A stretch of 64,000 nt of DNA, taken from contig NW_026262679.1 in assembly GCF_021869535.1 (NCBI RefSeq), positions 50,096,001-50,160,000 on the forward strand, read 5' to 3'. A program made the translations under genes and the position numbers. A model generated the notes under the pieces. The model made no database searches. It saw only the letters and a list, made by a program, of their open reading frames with translations, and was not told the origin of the DNA. This document shows positions 12,557-25,911 of this stretch, in pieces; the first letter of the stretch is position 1; each line of letters begins with the position of its first letter. Source of the stretch: Mytilus californianus (taxonomy: Eukaryota).

Positions 12557-15087
12557 GTTATTGTAAAGGTGGATTATTATTATTCCCCTGGAATTAATGT
12601 TTTTGTTATCAACAGAAAGCACCAGGTGCTATCAGAGGGTACAAGACAACTTGTCCTTGTACCAACTCATACCTATACCAATTTGTTCCAATTTTAATGT
12701 ATCATTTTATTAGATAATTCATAAATTTTGAATTTTATAATTGATCTTTCCAAGACATGTAGTATGCATTGTGTCTGATCTTAAAAAGCAGCAACTAAAC
12801 TACGTTTTATGATTAATAAGTTTTTGGGATATATATAGACTTCTGATGGTAGTTTCTGAGGAATTTGGAACTTGACAAGGTACTTATATACTCCAATAAC
12901 AAAATGAAATTTAAAAGGTGGTCAACTCAAGTGGGAGTTCCCCTAGATATCATACATAACTTGTCCTACACTTTTTCTAACTTTCATAAAGAATATAAGA
13001 GATTTAATGTGGAAGTATTTTTCATACTGCAGAAATTTAATGAAAATGCATTTAAAAGTATCATGCAGTACACTTAATTGAAGGACAAAGTATTTCAAGT
13101 CTTATTATTAAATAGTGAAAATTATGTGCAAGTTGTTTTTGAACTGATTTTTGTTGGCCATGGTGTGTGTTGGAAGTATTTTTTTTAGGTTATCATCATG
13201 ATCATGTTTATATCAGAGGACTTCACACTATTATTTATATGAAAACATGCAATGCATTTTACTGACTTTGAAATGTAAAACTTTAAAGTCATATTTGTTC
13301 TTTTACTTAAATATGTGATTGGAAAATATAATAAACACCAATTTTCTCAGCTTGTAGGTTGACTGTATATATGATCACTAGTTATTATGTAATTATAATT
13401 TCAAATCAACTAATCTTTTTTTCTATGTTTATAAATTTTATATAATAGAAAATAACTTCTATATTATTTATATTGCATATGAATACAACAAAAATTGTGT
13501 TTGAGTTAGTAAAAGTACGAGTTAGTAAAAATTGGATACTAGTTGGTCAATAATTTAAGAGTTGTCAAAGTTTACATGTACATGGATCCCTGTCGGAAAG
13601 TTTTACAGACCGGTATCAGGTCCATTCGCCTTAATTACATGTTTGTCCGAGGTCCATTAGCCCAAGGTTTGTTCACCCTATTTCTTTTGGTATATAGGTT
13701 TTTGTCTCTCCTGCGACTAAAGTCTCAGAAAGTGAGATATAGGTGTTGCTTTTCAGGCGACGGCGGCAGAGGATGCATCAATAATTTTTAAGTTTTCTGC
13801 TAAAGTCAGTTCAACGGGAACAACTTGTGATAGACCAATGATATTTTCTATAAAGTTGCATTACTATCACATGTATCAGTACATATCAGTTTGACAACTA
13901 TTTCAAGGCTCTACCCTCTAGGTCATGCATGATGGTCCAGTAACTTTCAATCAATTAACAAATTTCAATGATATGTTTTCTGATAAAGTTAGTTTGATAG
14001 GAACTACTTACAATAGACAATATTTTCTATAAAGTTACATTGCTATCTGTACATCTCAGTTTGTCAACCATTTCAGGCCCTACCCAAGAGTTGGTCCAGC
14101 GACTTTCAATTAATTAGCAATGTTGCTGTCCATCAGATTGTCTTTTTCTAAATTTTATGCCGACAGGCGAGACATATCTCTGTGTCAACAGTTTATTATA
14201 TCAAATACTTTGTATTCCTGCACATGCTCAGTTGGACAGTGCATTTTTTTTTGCAAATCAAAGAAAAAAATATCTGGTAGCAATAATACAAAATAAATAT
14301 TTCGAAATTTTCATCACACTATACAAATCTTTGATTATACCAGAGACATATATAATACAATTAGACCTGGATCCTAACGGAACACACTTTTAGATGCCTA
14401 CTGGCTGGCTACCCTTTCTTTTAAAATTGTTAACGAAGTTTAAATAAAATTATTAAGCACTTTTGTTAACAATTTTATTGTAAGCAATATTATCATAAAT
14501 AGGTAACATATATATACAAATATAGAGACAGCTATATACTTCACACTAATCTCAAGTAAATATTTATATTAATATATTCAACAACCCTGCATACCTAAAG
14601 TATCCTCTTCCTAGGATCAGTTACTGCAGTTAGACATGTTAGACGTAATCAATGTTGGTTCACCCTATCCTGCCTAATTTTAAAATAGTTTGATGTCTTT
14701 GAAATTGGAAGTTTTTGCCAGTTTTCTTGGACATTGTGTAGCATTATTTTTGAGATTTGAAAATTTTACATCTAAACAAAAGTTTTTCCATTTTGCAGTT
14801 GCAAGTCAACATAACATAGATTCAACTTAGCATATATTGTAACTTAAAGTAAACATTTTGAGGACTTGATTCATCATCATGCTGTCTTAACATTAAAAGC
14901 TTCAGCATTAGTATATGACAGCTGAGGCTATTCATACACATACATGCATGTGTATGCTACATGTTGGTTAGATTAAGCTGATTTATTTAAAGTGGATTGG
15001 TAAGCATGGTAAGTCCATTTGTTTTCTTGTTATGTGTTATATTTTACTTATATTAAATCACAACTGTTTTTTAATTTTTAGGCATGG

Positions 15088-18000
15088 ATGGCAAATTACA
15101 ATCAAAGAGCCTTGCTGGTCAGGGTTCTATGCAATTTAGAAGACACACAATGTTGCAGGTCACAGGACAATACAATTGAAAGTGTAAAATTTTTCACTAG
15201 AGAAAAGGATCAGTCTGAGACATCAGAAGTAGTGTATGATTGCCACGATTCCTTTGATCAAAGACCCTTGGATAATTTTTATGAGACAATAAACTCTTTT
15301 TTGGAACCATTTGAGCAATCTGATATTACATCAGAATACTGGAAGGATATATTCAGATGTCTAGAGCTATATGACTTTAAGTATGAAAAAGTTGACAAAG
15401 TAGAAATGTGGTTACCCAAAAAGAATCCAATGTCTGACAAGGACTTAGAAGAGGCATATGCAAAGATGTCAACAGGTAAAATATACAATGTTGCCATTGT
15501 GCAATCATATATGCATATTATGTATCTTCACATCCATACACATATAAAAATAACTTTTATAAGGAGTTGTTGTATGATTCCCAATTAGACAGCTATCTAC
15601 CAAAGTTCAAATGAAGTGGATGTAAGCAATTATAGGCAACCATATGGTTTACGTCTGTGTGTCCGGTCCAAATCATCCTGATTTCCGCCTATTTTTTCTG
15701 CATTGAAAAGCCCAAATTTCGGCACCATTTTTCCATGATGAAAAATAAGTCCTAATCCCTGCACCTTTCTCATTACATAATGAAAAAGTCCTAATTTCTG
15801 CTCTAAAAAAAAACTGAAGTCAGAATTTTTGCACCATCTCCAACAAACAGCACAGAAAAAGTGTGAAACTCTACACTGACGGGGAAATCTCCTTTTACCT
15901 TTTATAAAAGGGGCAACAAAGGTTTAAAGCTGGATGTACATGATGTAGCAATAAACAGAGTCTGTAGATAATAATACAATATTGTTTATTATGTATAATT
16001 TTAATAAAATACGAATCTTTTTAAGTCATTTATTTAAGGTCATGAAGGTAAAAGTTGTTTTAGATACATGTACATATGACTTCCCATTCTCCTATAAAGA
16101 AGACCTGAAAGTCTGGTACAGTTTTGTTGCTTAATACAAGTATTTATTTAAGTACATATTGAATGTAAAAGTAAAGTATAAAACATAAAACTTCAAAACA
16201 CTATCATTACTATATTACTGTGACTTGACTGTAAGTGTTGCTCTCCACCTATTGCAATTTATTCAAAATTCTGACCAAATTGCAATTTGTTTTATTAAAC
16301 TGAACTATTCAACTGGTCAGATATTTTTACAAATTGCTGTAGAAATCCACAGTCACGTTGTGAAAGTGCAAGGTGATAAAATAAAGCATACTTTCAATCC
16401 TATAACATGTATAAGACTTTAATTCCACTTCAATGATATTATGAAAAATTTGTCTAACAATTTCTATACAACATTTATTGTAATTGTCATGCTAAAGGTG
16501 ATAGGCAGTAATTTTGAATTGCTATAAAAATGTCCAAACTGAGCTTTCATACAATTTTTCTTTCAAAAAATCTTCTATATTCATAAGAATCAGACATCAT
16601 TTGAATTAAAACATCTTATATACAGTAAATAAATGTGAAATTTCAATAAGTTGTTAGTAAATTTCCATGAAATTAATCATTTTTCTTTCAAAATGTCTTC
16701 TCTATTCATAAGAATAATGATTTTAGATTATCTCCCATGGAAACTTAACAGCGTATTTTAATTTAATAATTTCACATATATTTTACTGAATATAAATATA
16801 AATATAAATTTGACATTAAAACTTCTACATAGTTTACATGTTCAAGTTTGTGATTAGGTCAGTTTAAGGGGAACAACTAGCGGTAGGTTTCATTTTCATG
16901 GAGATTATACGGCCCCACCCCCTAATCATGGTTCATTGACTTTGAAACTTTCACATAGTTCACAAGTGAAAGTCTGTGTTTAGGTTAGTATAAAGGGAAC
17001 CACTTATGATAAGTCAATGGTATTTGGTATGCAGTTTTATAAGCATTGGCATTTCACATTTCCATGGAGGTTATTTTGTCCGGCACCTTCAATCATGGTT
17101 CATTGACTTTGAATGATTTGCATAGTTTATTTATGTTTAAATATTGCCATTTTAATTTCTATATTTGCATTATACAATCAAAATTACAAAAAGTGTTACC
17201 CAGAGGCAACATACAAGATCATGTCTTGCATCGTTTGCAGCCAAATTGAGTTTTATAGCTCATCTAGACCGAAGGTCAATTTGAGCTGTTGGCATCACTT
17301 TGCATTCATCTGTTTGAAAAGTGTTCACATATCTTATTTTAAGAACCACAGTGCCAATTTTAACCAAACTTGGCAGGCATGATGACTGTTCAATGGTCTT
17401 TACATGATTGTGATTTTGGTGCCAATTAGAAATCAAACATGGCCGCCAGGGACAGATAGGCTGTGCTGATTGGTTAATCTTTTAAAATCATCTTTTGAAT
17501 CAATAAGTGGTATGCATAAATCTATAGATGGTCCTCTACCTAAATTGAAATTTTAATTTTGATCAGAAATTCAAGATGGCTGCTATTGACGAACATTATA
17601 GTTTAACATAGGGAAAATTTTTGGAAATTCACTTTAAAATCTTATAATTTAACTATCTTGATCAGAAAAATTCCAATATCAATTGGTTACAGTGAAAGGT
17701 TCTAAATAGTAATAATAACATCATGCAGCTATTAGTCTATTACTACATGTTTTATATATTTTCAGAACAGAGACAATATGTTTCATCATTTAAGACAGCA
17801 TTACAAACAGATATGAATAATGGTCGAGCTAAAAACTGGATTGAGGTATTGATGAAAATACTTCTGAGATGTCTTGGGAGTGATGATATGTGTGGCTCTG
17901 CCACAAATCGGCATGACAGCATCAACACTGCATTGGAGACGGTTTTTGGCGATCTTGATACCCCGTTCACACAGATGGAGTATAATGCACCTTACTCTAG

Positions 18001-18520
18001 TACACCCTCAAGTACCTCTTCATCTTTATCAAGCCAGTCTTCATTAAATCTGGAGTCATCAGAAACTGAATCTTCACCGGGTTGTATAGAGGAAGTCAAG
18101 GTTTCAAGACACACAATAGTTCCAGATTACTGTGTCGTGCTGCCTAATTTTCCTGGTATCTTTCCAATAGTTTTTGAACTGAAACGTGCACATCAGGAAT
18201 CTCATGCAATCTTCCAAAATATACAACAAATGTTGTCTAAACTTTTCTACCAGGATGTTGTGTTTGGCATAGTTGTTTCACCCAGATTATTTCAACTATC
18301 AGTTATTATAAAACAGGGAAAAGATCTTCATTTTGCAAGTACAAACAATATTTACATTTACAAAAATAAGAATCAAGTTAAAACACTTGATTTGGGAGAA
18401 TTGAATAAAATGTATACTTTTATTTATCGAGTGTTAAAGTGGGCAAGGAAAACTAAATGCTTGTTGAAAAGTCAGGACAGATGTGAGGGAAAAGAGGACA
18501 GCTGTAATGGAAAAGGATGA
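15088..18520 (+). CDS. Uncharacterised 380-aa protein with C-terminal PD-(D/E)xK (restriction endonuclease-like) fold motifs; join(15088..15475,17766..18520)
   Basis: Acceptor TTTTAG at 15081. Phase-1 donor ACAG/GTAAAA at 15475 joins the phase-1 acceptor TTTCAG/AACAG at 17766 in frame (MST-E-QRQY). Exon 2 has WIEVL ... VPDYCVV ... IVFELKR ... QNIQQM ... VFGIVVS. Both exons are stop-free although the surroundings are AT-rich repeat debris. Confidence 0.75.
16870..17700 (+). mobile_element. Degenerate Helentron-type element remnants in the intron of the nuclease-like gene
   Basis: TTTATAGCTCATCTAGACCGAAGGTCAATTTGAGC...CATCACTT near 17252 resembles the HINE 5' end; AAACATGGCCGCC and TTCAAGATGGCTGC motifs are typical of these bodies. 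Confidence 0.45.
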
Positions 18521-19018
18521 ATTTAAAAAACCCTCAACAATATTTTTTTTTCAAGTCAGAAATTTCACAGTTAATAGATGTATAAGAGACTAAGTTTGAT
18601 CAAGGATTTGTATATAGTGTTTGCAATTATCGGTTTATTACACTATTTGACACATCTAGTAACATCACATGACTCTTAAGGAATACTTTACAAGTCCAGA
18701 AGATGGCATTGAATGTAACATACAGGATTTCTTTCTTCATTAAATTTGAGCAAATTAGTGCGTAAAAATACATTAAAAGAAAAAAAATATATTACAATTT
18801 ATAGATTGGGCACATTTTTAGGTCCATTAAAGCATTGAGACAAATATTTCCATGCAAAAACTACCATATTAATGAAATTAAAAGTTATGATTATCCAATT
18901 TCAAGTAAACTATATTATGGACTTTGATAAATAACCTGGTCACTGACTGATATTTTATATGCAAGAATTTGCATAACTTAAATGCAATATTAAAATTTAC
19001 TATTAAAAGTTACTTATT

Positions 19019-19520
19019 CATTTTATTATCCCCTGCTTAGTGGAAGAGGGATATAGTAATAGGCTCTGTCTGTCTGTCACACTTTCTTGTTTACAGGATA
19101 ACTTGAGTAGATCTTGTTTGATTTTAGAAAAAAATGTTCAGAAGGCTTGCAATTATCCTCATCTTGGATGTGTTCTTATATTGAAATATTTCAAGAACTC
19201 ATTTTTGGGAACATCTTATTTTTTGGTTAAAAAATCACTGATTTTGAGAATTGAGTCTTGTTTACCTGATAGTGATAACTTGAGTAGATCTTGTTTGATT
19301 TGGAAAAAAATGTTTGCATGTGGCTTGCAATTATCATTGTCTTGGATGTGGTTTTTTTTTATGGAAATGTTTGAAGAACTGGTTTTGTGGAAAATCTTTG
19401 GGTTTTTGTTGTTGTTGAAAAATCACTGATTTTGAGAATTGAGTCTTATTTACGCAATAACTTCAACTTAAACTTGGAGTAGACCTCGTTTGATTTGAAA
19501 ATTGGTCATATAGCTCTTCG
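19019..19520 (+). mobile_element. Helentron-type element remnant with (TCTG)n and internal repeats of about 190 bp
   Basis: TTTTATTATCCCCTGC start, CTCTGTCTGTCTGTC microsatellite, GATAACTTGAGTAGATCTTGTTTGATT repeated at about 19097 and 19274. Confidence 0.5.
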
Positions 19521-19568
19521 AGTATTCAGGTTATTATTCATCATTGGTCTTTACATTATTGGGTTTGA

Positions 19569-19610
19569 GCGTTCCTGATGAAGGCACTCCAGAAAATGGC
19601 TTTGATTGCT
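19569..19610 (+). ncRNA. Degenerate minimal hammerhead ribozyme-like motif
   Basis: GCGTTC-CTGATGA-AGGCACTCCA-GAAA followed by a decayed stem III and stem I; same family as 62439-62478. Confidence 0.35.
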
Positions 19611-19735
19611 CAAAATGTACAATTAAAAGTGTTATTTTCTTACAGGACAGTTAAAGTAGTAATATAAAAAGTTCATCTTTGTTATCAAGAGTTTCTTTAG
19701 TTTAAGGACACTAAAATTGTCACTAGCAACTATGA

Positions 19736-21050
19736 GGGTCTGGATGGGGGTTCCTTCATTTCTGTATATATATTCTTTAAATTTTTGGCCATTTTTCTCT
19801 ATTCTTTAATTTTTTAACCTTTTTTCTCAATTCTTTATATTTAAGCACCCCATTATTCTCTATTCTTTTTTTTTTTTGGTCCAATTTTTCTCTAATCTTT
19901 ACTTTTTAGCTCACCTGGCCTTTTCTCATCACTTGGCATCTGTCGTTAACTTTTACAAAAAATCTTCTCCTCTGCAACTATTGGGCCAAATTTAACCAAT
20001 ATTGGTCACAATCATTATTGGGGTATGTAATTTAAAAAATGTGTTCGATGACCCAGCCATTTAGGGGTAAAATGCAAGTTTTGCCTATTATTTTGAAAAC
20101 TGCTATAAATAGAGAAAATCTGACATGAGCAAAAATGTTCAGACTATTGAACTCTACTGATTGTTTATTCACTTCAAAACTGTCAAATGAATTCTTACAG
20201 GAGTTTTTATTCACTTCAAAACTGTCAAACGACTTCTTATAGGAGTTATTGCCCTAAAAAGAGGAATTTTACCTTTTTAAAAAAATTTTGCCTATTATCT
20301 CGAAAATTATAATAGATAGACAAAAACTTTAAATAGCATAAATGACTACACCCAGACAACATCTACAAATAAGTCTCATGGCTGAAATTTTCAGTCGACT
20401 CCTTATTAGAGTTATTGCCCGATAATGACGATTTTTACTATTTTTTTTTTCATTTCAGTCTAATATCTTAAAAACTATATTAGATAGCTAGAAACTGTAA
20501 ATAGCAAAAATGATCAGCAAGACAAGATCTATAAATAATACTAATGGCCTAAATCTTAAGTCAACTTGCTATTGGAGTTATTGCCCTTTAATGATAATTT
20601 TTCCCATTTTTGCCTAATATCTTGAAAACAGTAATAGGTAGATAGAAATTTTAAATAGCTCAAATGATTAGCAAGACAAGATCCACAAATATGCTTAAAT
20701 GGCAGAAATCTGCAGTTGACTCGTTATTGGAGTTATTGCCCTTTGATGATAATTTTTAACATTTTTTTTTTTGCATTTTTTGCCTTTTATCTTGAAAACT
20801 ATAATAGACAAATATAAACTTTAAAAAGGAAAATTATCGGCAGGATAAGATCTACAAATATGTCAACATGACTGAAATTGTCAGTTATCTCTTAAAAGAG
20901 TTATTTCCCTTTAATGATGATTTTTTACTCAAAATTGGCTATTGTTGAAGATACAGGTGAGCGACACAGGCTCTTTAGAGCCTCTAGTTTTATCTTTATT
21001 CTGTATTTTTTTGTCCATTATTCTCTATTCTGTAAACCCTATCCAGATCC
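19736..21050. mobile_element. MITE with short TIRs, host of the HINE at 19903-20990
   Basis: GGGTCTGGATGGGG ... CCCTATCCAGATCC; ATTCTCTATTCT sub-repeats on both sides of the nested element. Confidence 0.5.
19903..20990 (+). mobile_element. Helentron-type non-autonomous element (HINE)
   Basis: Subterminal inverted repeat AGCTCACCTG (19908) / CAGGTGAGCG (20954), 3' hairpin AGGCTC-TTTA-GAGCCT (20968-20983), T-rich ends, internal GAGTTATTGCCCT repeats. Confidence 0.8.
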
Positions 21051-21351
21051 AGGACCATGGCATTTAAGGAGAAATCTTATGATAAAGAAAATACAAATAA
21101 TAATAAAAACAGAGAAGATAGATTACCGTTGATCAATCAGAAACCATAAGTCGAACAGTACCAAAACCTAAGAGAAAAACAACGAAATGGCAATACACAG
21201 AAAACTAACCATCAAGCAACATGAAACCCAAACTAAAAAATCGGGATTAAGATAGCCTACATAGAAATGGAAAGTTTAATAATTGAAATAATCTCACTTG
21301 TTGTAAAGTCTAGTTTTCAACCAATCCTCACCATCAATCTCTAGATGCAAG

Positions 21352-22010
21352 TTAAAGGGACATTTGCTACGAGATACCAAAAAAAAATCAGATTTTTTTT
21401 CGGTTCAATTATTAATCAAAGTGAAATAGTGAACTAATAATTCGCCTATAGGAGCCAGTTTGGTTCAATTTTGTCAAAATAAGCTAAGAAATATCGCTGA
21501 TGAATTATTCACTTGCAAGTGAATAATTCTACCTCATTGAATCCGTATTCATGTGACCTTCAATTTAACCTCTTAGGTAGAGATTGATTATGCATAAGAT
21601 AGGCGTGTTCAGTTGTTAAAAGCAAAAGAATGTCAACATTGAAAGTGAAACAAAGGTAAACAATTTGGTTGACTGATTCGATCTTCAAAAGCATTCTTAT
21701 ACAGGTAAAAACGATAATTAACATATTTTTTAACCTATAAATGAAATCAAACAGACCTAGAAAAATCCAATTGCACGTGTTCGCAATCTATTTATATTTA
21801 TATATATGTTTATATCGGGTTATATAATCGTCGGCAGTCTTCGGAGGTCACCTCGATAGTTGATTAGATGGCGTCCAGACTAAAATACACACGAAATGTG
21901 GATACATATCATCAAGTCCATGCATCGTACATTGTTTATTTTAAGACTTTTTATAATTTGGATATGTACGTTTTAGTAGGTTATAAGTCAAATTGGTGAT
22001 TATGAATTTG
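21352..22010. mobile_element. Kolobok-like MITE remnant
   Basis: TTAAAGGGACATTTGCTACGAGAT left end; a possible right-end remnant TTGCCCCTTTAAA near 22485 is separated by a family A insertion. Confidence 0.4.
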
Positions 22011-22018
22011 AAAGCTAA

Positions 22019-22480
22019 TAGATATAAGAAGATGTGGTATGAGTGCCAATGAGACAACTCTCCATCCAAGTCACAATTTGTAAAAGTAAACCATTATAGG
22101 TCAAAGTACGGCCTTCAACACGGAGGCTTGGCTCACACCGAACAGCAAGCTATAAAGGGCCCCAAAAATGACTAGTGTAAAACCATTCAAACAGGGAAAC
22201 CAACGGTCTAATCTATATAAAAAAAAACGAGAAACGAGAAACACTTATGAACCACATCAACAAACGACAACCACTGAACATCAGGTTTCTGACTTAGGAC
22301 TGGTGCAAACAAATGCAGCGGGTTTAAACGTTTTAATAGGCGCCAACCTTCACCCTACCTGAAACAATAGTGTAACATCACAACATAGAAAGACACACTA
22401 TAAAATATCAATTGAAATGGCTTAACTTAATCAAAAGACATATTAACAAAAACAAGTGAACATACACTGAACGAATAAAT
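22019..22480 (-). repeat. Long copy of dispersed repeat family A
   Basis: Reverse complement of 5740-6206. Confidence 0.85.
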
Positions 22481-22945
22481 TTGCCCCTTTAAAGATTTTT
22501 TTATAAAGTTGATGCATCGGAAGCATTTTTCTGGATCTACCTTACCCTGGAACGCTCAAACTCAAGTATTAAGCATTGCTAACTGTATTTGTAATATCCT
22601 TTATTTCAAATTCAAATGGAAAGATGCGATTAACATAGTCACTTTAAATTACTCAGTGAGAGAACACCATTTTAAAGCGGAACTTGAAGTTAGAGAATAC
22701 ATACACTTGCTTATTTTCATTCTGTTAAGAAGCTCCTTATTGGGTCGGTCTTATACCATTAAACATCTAGAAAATGACCTTGACCATTCACCTTGATCTT
22801 AATTCCCGAATGGGCTTATTAACTTAAATTAAGAGACCCTTAACTAACACCCTAAAAAAATAAGATTTAGACGGATCATTCACTGACAAACTATGTGAAA
22901 CCTGTGATTACTTTAACACATGTGTTATAGTAGTCTCAGGTCAAA

Positions 22946-24350
22946 CACAGAAAGACAACATGGTTTTCGATCATCTCGCTCCTGTGAAACTCAGCTAATA
23001 TCATTTATTCAAGATCTTGCAAATTCAAATAATAAAAACATTCAAACAGACATCATAATAATGGATTTTGCAAAAGCATTTGATAAAGTTTCACACCACC
23101 ATCTCATGTATAAAATCGGTTTCTACGGTATAATTTGCAATGCATTACATTGGATTCAAGATTTTTTAACAAACAGAACACAAACAGTAGTCCTTGAAGG
23201 TGAAACATCAAATAAAATTCCTGTAACATCTGGGGTACCTCAAGGCACAGTGCTTGGTCCAATTTTATTCTTAATATTTATAAATGATTTGGCAGAATAT
23301 ATTGAACATAGTACATTAAGATTGTTCGCAGATGACAGTATCATTTATAGGGAAATTAAAAAACCAGATGACACATATAAATTACAGTCTGACTTGGAAG
23401 CGGCCGGCAGATGGGAGCAGGACTGGCTCATGCATTTTCACCCTGATAAGTGCAACATTCTCAGTGTAACTCAAAAACGCAAACCTTTAGACTTCACTTA
23501 TAAATTACACAATCACTCTCTAGAAAAAGTTGACTCTACAAAATATTTAGGCCTAACTCTTCAATCAAATTTAAAATGGGACAAACATATCAATAACATG
23601 ACATCAAAAGCAAATCAGTCTCTTGGATTTATTCGTAGAAACCTTAAAATAGCCTCACCTAAAGTTAAAGCACATGCATTTAAAGCTCTTGTCCGACCAA
23701 AACTAGAGTACTGCTCAACTATTTGGGATCCACATCAAAAACAGCAAATTTCACAAATTGAAAAAGTTCAGAGAAGAGCAGCGCGCTTCTCATGCAACCG
23801 CTTCCATAACACCAGCTCAGTTACTGAAATGATGACAGACTTAAATTGGTACCCACTTGAAATTAGGCGTTTACGATACAGACTTGTCTTCTTCTACAAA
23901 ATTATACATGAAATTGTTGCAGTCCCTACATTTAACCTTTTGATCCCACTAGACAATAGAACTAGACATAGCAATCCACACTCATTTAGGCAAATACAAA
24001 CATCTAAAGACAGTTATAAATATTCATTTTATCCACGAACAGTTATAGATTGGAATCTTCTGCCACAACAAATAGTATCATGCAGTACAGTACAGGGATT
24101 CAAGAGTATGATCTCAGAATCTGCTCTCATCCCCATTTTCTATCCCTAACTATTTTGTTATCAAATGTATATAGTTTTATCTAAATGAAATTTTACAAAT
24201 GCACATACATTATTTTGATTTTTTGATTTTGTTTCTTTTTATTTTTCTTGCTACAATGTAAATTATAAAATTTTATAGTCGACGCCCGGCGAATAATCTT
24301 CAATAATTGAAGGATCGCTAGAAACTTAAAGAAGAAGAAGAAGAAGAAGA
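22946..24350 (+). mobile_element. 5'-truncated CR1/L2-group LINE with an open RT C-terminal frame, 3' UTR and (GAA)n tail
   Basis: ORF 22920-24149: QHGFR, DFAKAFDKV, SGVPQGTVLGP, FADD, YKYSFYPRTVIDWNLLP; GAAGAAGAA tail at 24331-24350. Confidence 0.92.
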
Positions 24351-25192
24351 TATAACTCAAATAAAAGTCACCTTCTTGAACTATCAGATTGTATCAAATT
24401 TACACCTTTAAGCTATTTTCGGTTCTAAAATATGGCTCTTGAAATTTTGATTTTTTTTATCTAAATAATAAATGTGGCTAGTATCATTTAATATTTCTGT
24501 AATTCCACACTTTATACATCTCATTTACGAAGTAAGACACTTTTTACTTTTTATTTTACTAGTACATGTAATTATTTCCAACCAAAGTAATTCAGAAAAG
24601 CTGTCTTTTCTTTGCATTATGTCTTACGAGTTCTTAAAGATCAGCCTCAATGCAACCGAAAGGTTCAAAAGAGGAATTAAAACTGTTAAAACACCTGTAA
24701 CTTTGTTAGACTATATGACTAAATAGTTATGTAAAATGTACAATGATAGAAAACATTCAACAAAAGCAAGGAAAATGTGACCGGACGCGAACTAAATCAA
24801 GGACCTATAAAATTGCTTGTTAATGTATTAAATCATCATTGCTCGACATCTCCGTAAATTCGGCTTTTTTATGTTCGAGGTTGAAATGGGACCTAGCTAT
24901 AGGTTCACATGCATAGATGAGGAATTGATGCTTCACAAAATTAAATTCGTGGTTTTATATGTATGTATGTATGAATGAAAGGAAATGTGGAGTATACTTT
25001 AATGAGACTTTAACCCATTGACCCCAAAAAAAACCAAACGACATGTAGAGGTCAACATACGGACAACAATGGTCGGGGTATATATACGCTATGTCAAGCT
25101 TTAAATCGCCCGTGTCTAAAAAAGATGTGAATAAGTTTTACAGAGACTATCAAGTATATATGCAATTAAAACCAACCTTCTAAAAGACGAAA

Positions 25193-25456
25193 GGGGCCTC
25201 GGTGGCCGAGTGGTCTAAGTAGTTACTACTGTAATCACTAGCCAGTCAACACTGAGGTTGTGAGTTCGAACCCCGCTCGTGCGGGTGCACTCTACTCCAA
25301 TCTTAATTGACTAGGATTGTCAGTTTTCCTATCGAAGGTCGGTGGTTTTCTCCGGACACTCCGGCTTCCTCCACCAATAAAAACTGGCCGCCACGAAATA
25401 GCCCAAAAGCGGTGCTTAAAAGTGGCGTTAAAACACCAAAAATCAAAAAATCTTAA
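25193..25456 (+). mobile_element. tRNA-head SINE with V-domain-like core, full length, 14-bp TSD
   Basis: A box GGTGGCCGAGTGG, B box GAGTTCGAACCC, core GGTTTTCTCCGGACACTCCGGCTTCCTCC; TSD TCTAAAAGACGAAA at 25179-25192 and 25457-25470. Confidence 0.9.
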
Positions 25457-25911
25457 TCTAAAAGACGAAAAATATGAAGATACCATAGAAAAGCACTGAC
25501 TGTCTTAGTACAAGCTCATGAGCATATACACTGTTAGACCTCCACTATCTTATTAGGCATTTAACTCCATAATGACGGTATAATGGATAACAAAAGCTTA
25601 ACTTTAAAAACATCGGTATTAACAATATCGTAGCAAATAATAATGGCTTCATTTTTGTCGTGACTCAATTGTGTTTCACTAATAAAGGTTATACTAAGCA
25701 CAAACATAGAATGCATAAGGAGCATATGTTGATAAAAAAAGGAAAAGTTAAACTCGAGGTTATATTCTTATTAATCATATAATCTGCATAGATTTTTTTT
25801 TTCAATTAAAGTACAAAATTTAACAACTGTGATACATATAGCAATGGAATACACAATTTATTTTTCAACATTTGAGAACTATTTAAGAATTCGTGAACTG
25901 ACCTTGTTGGA

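Noticed and set aside
25193-25285. Possible genuine tRNA gene
   Set aside because: It is the head of a SINE with a core domain, tail and TSD.
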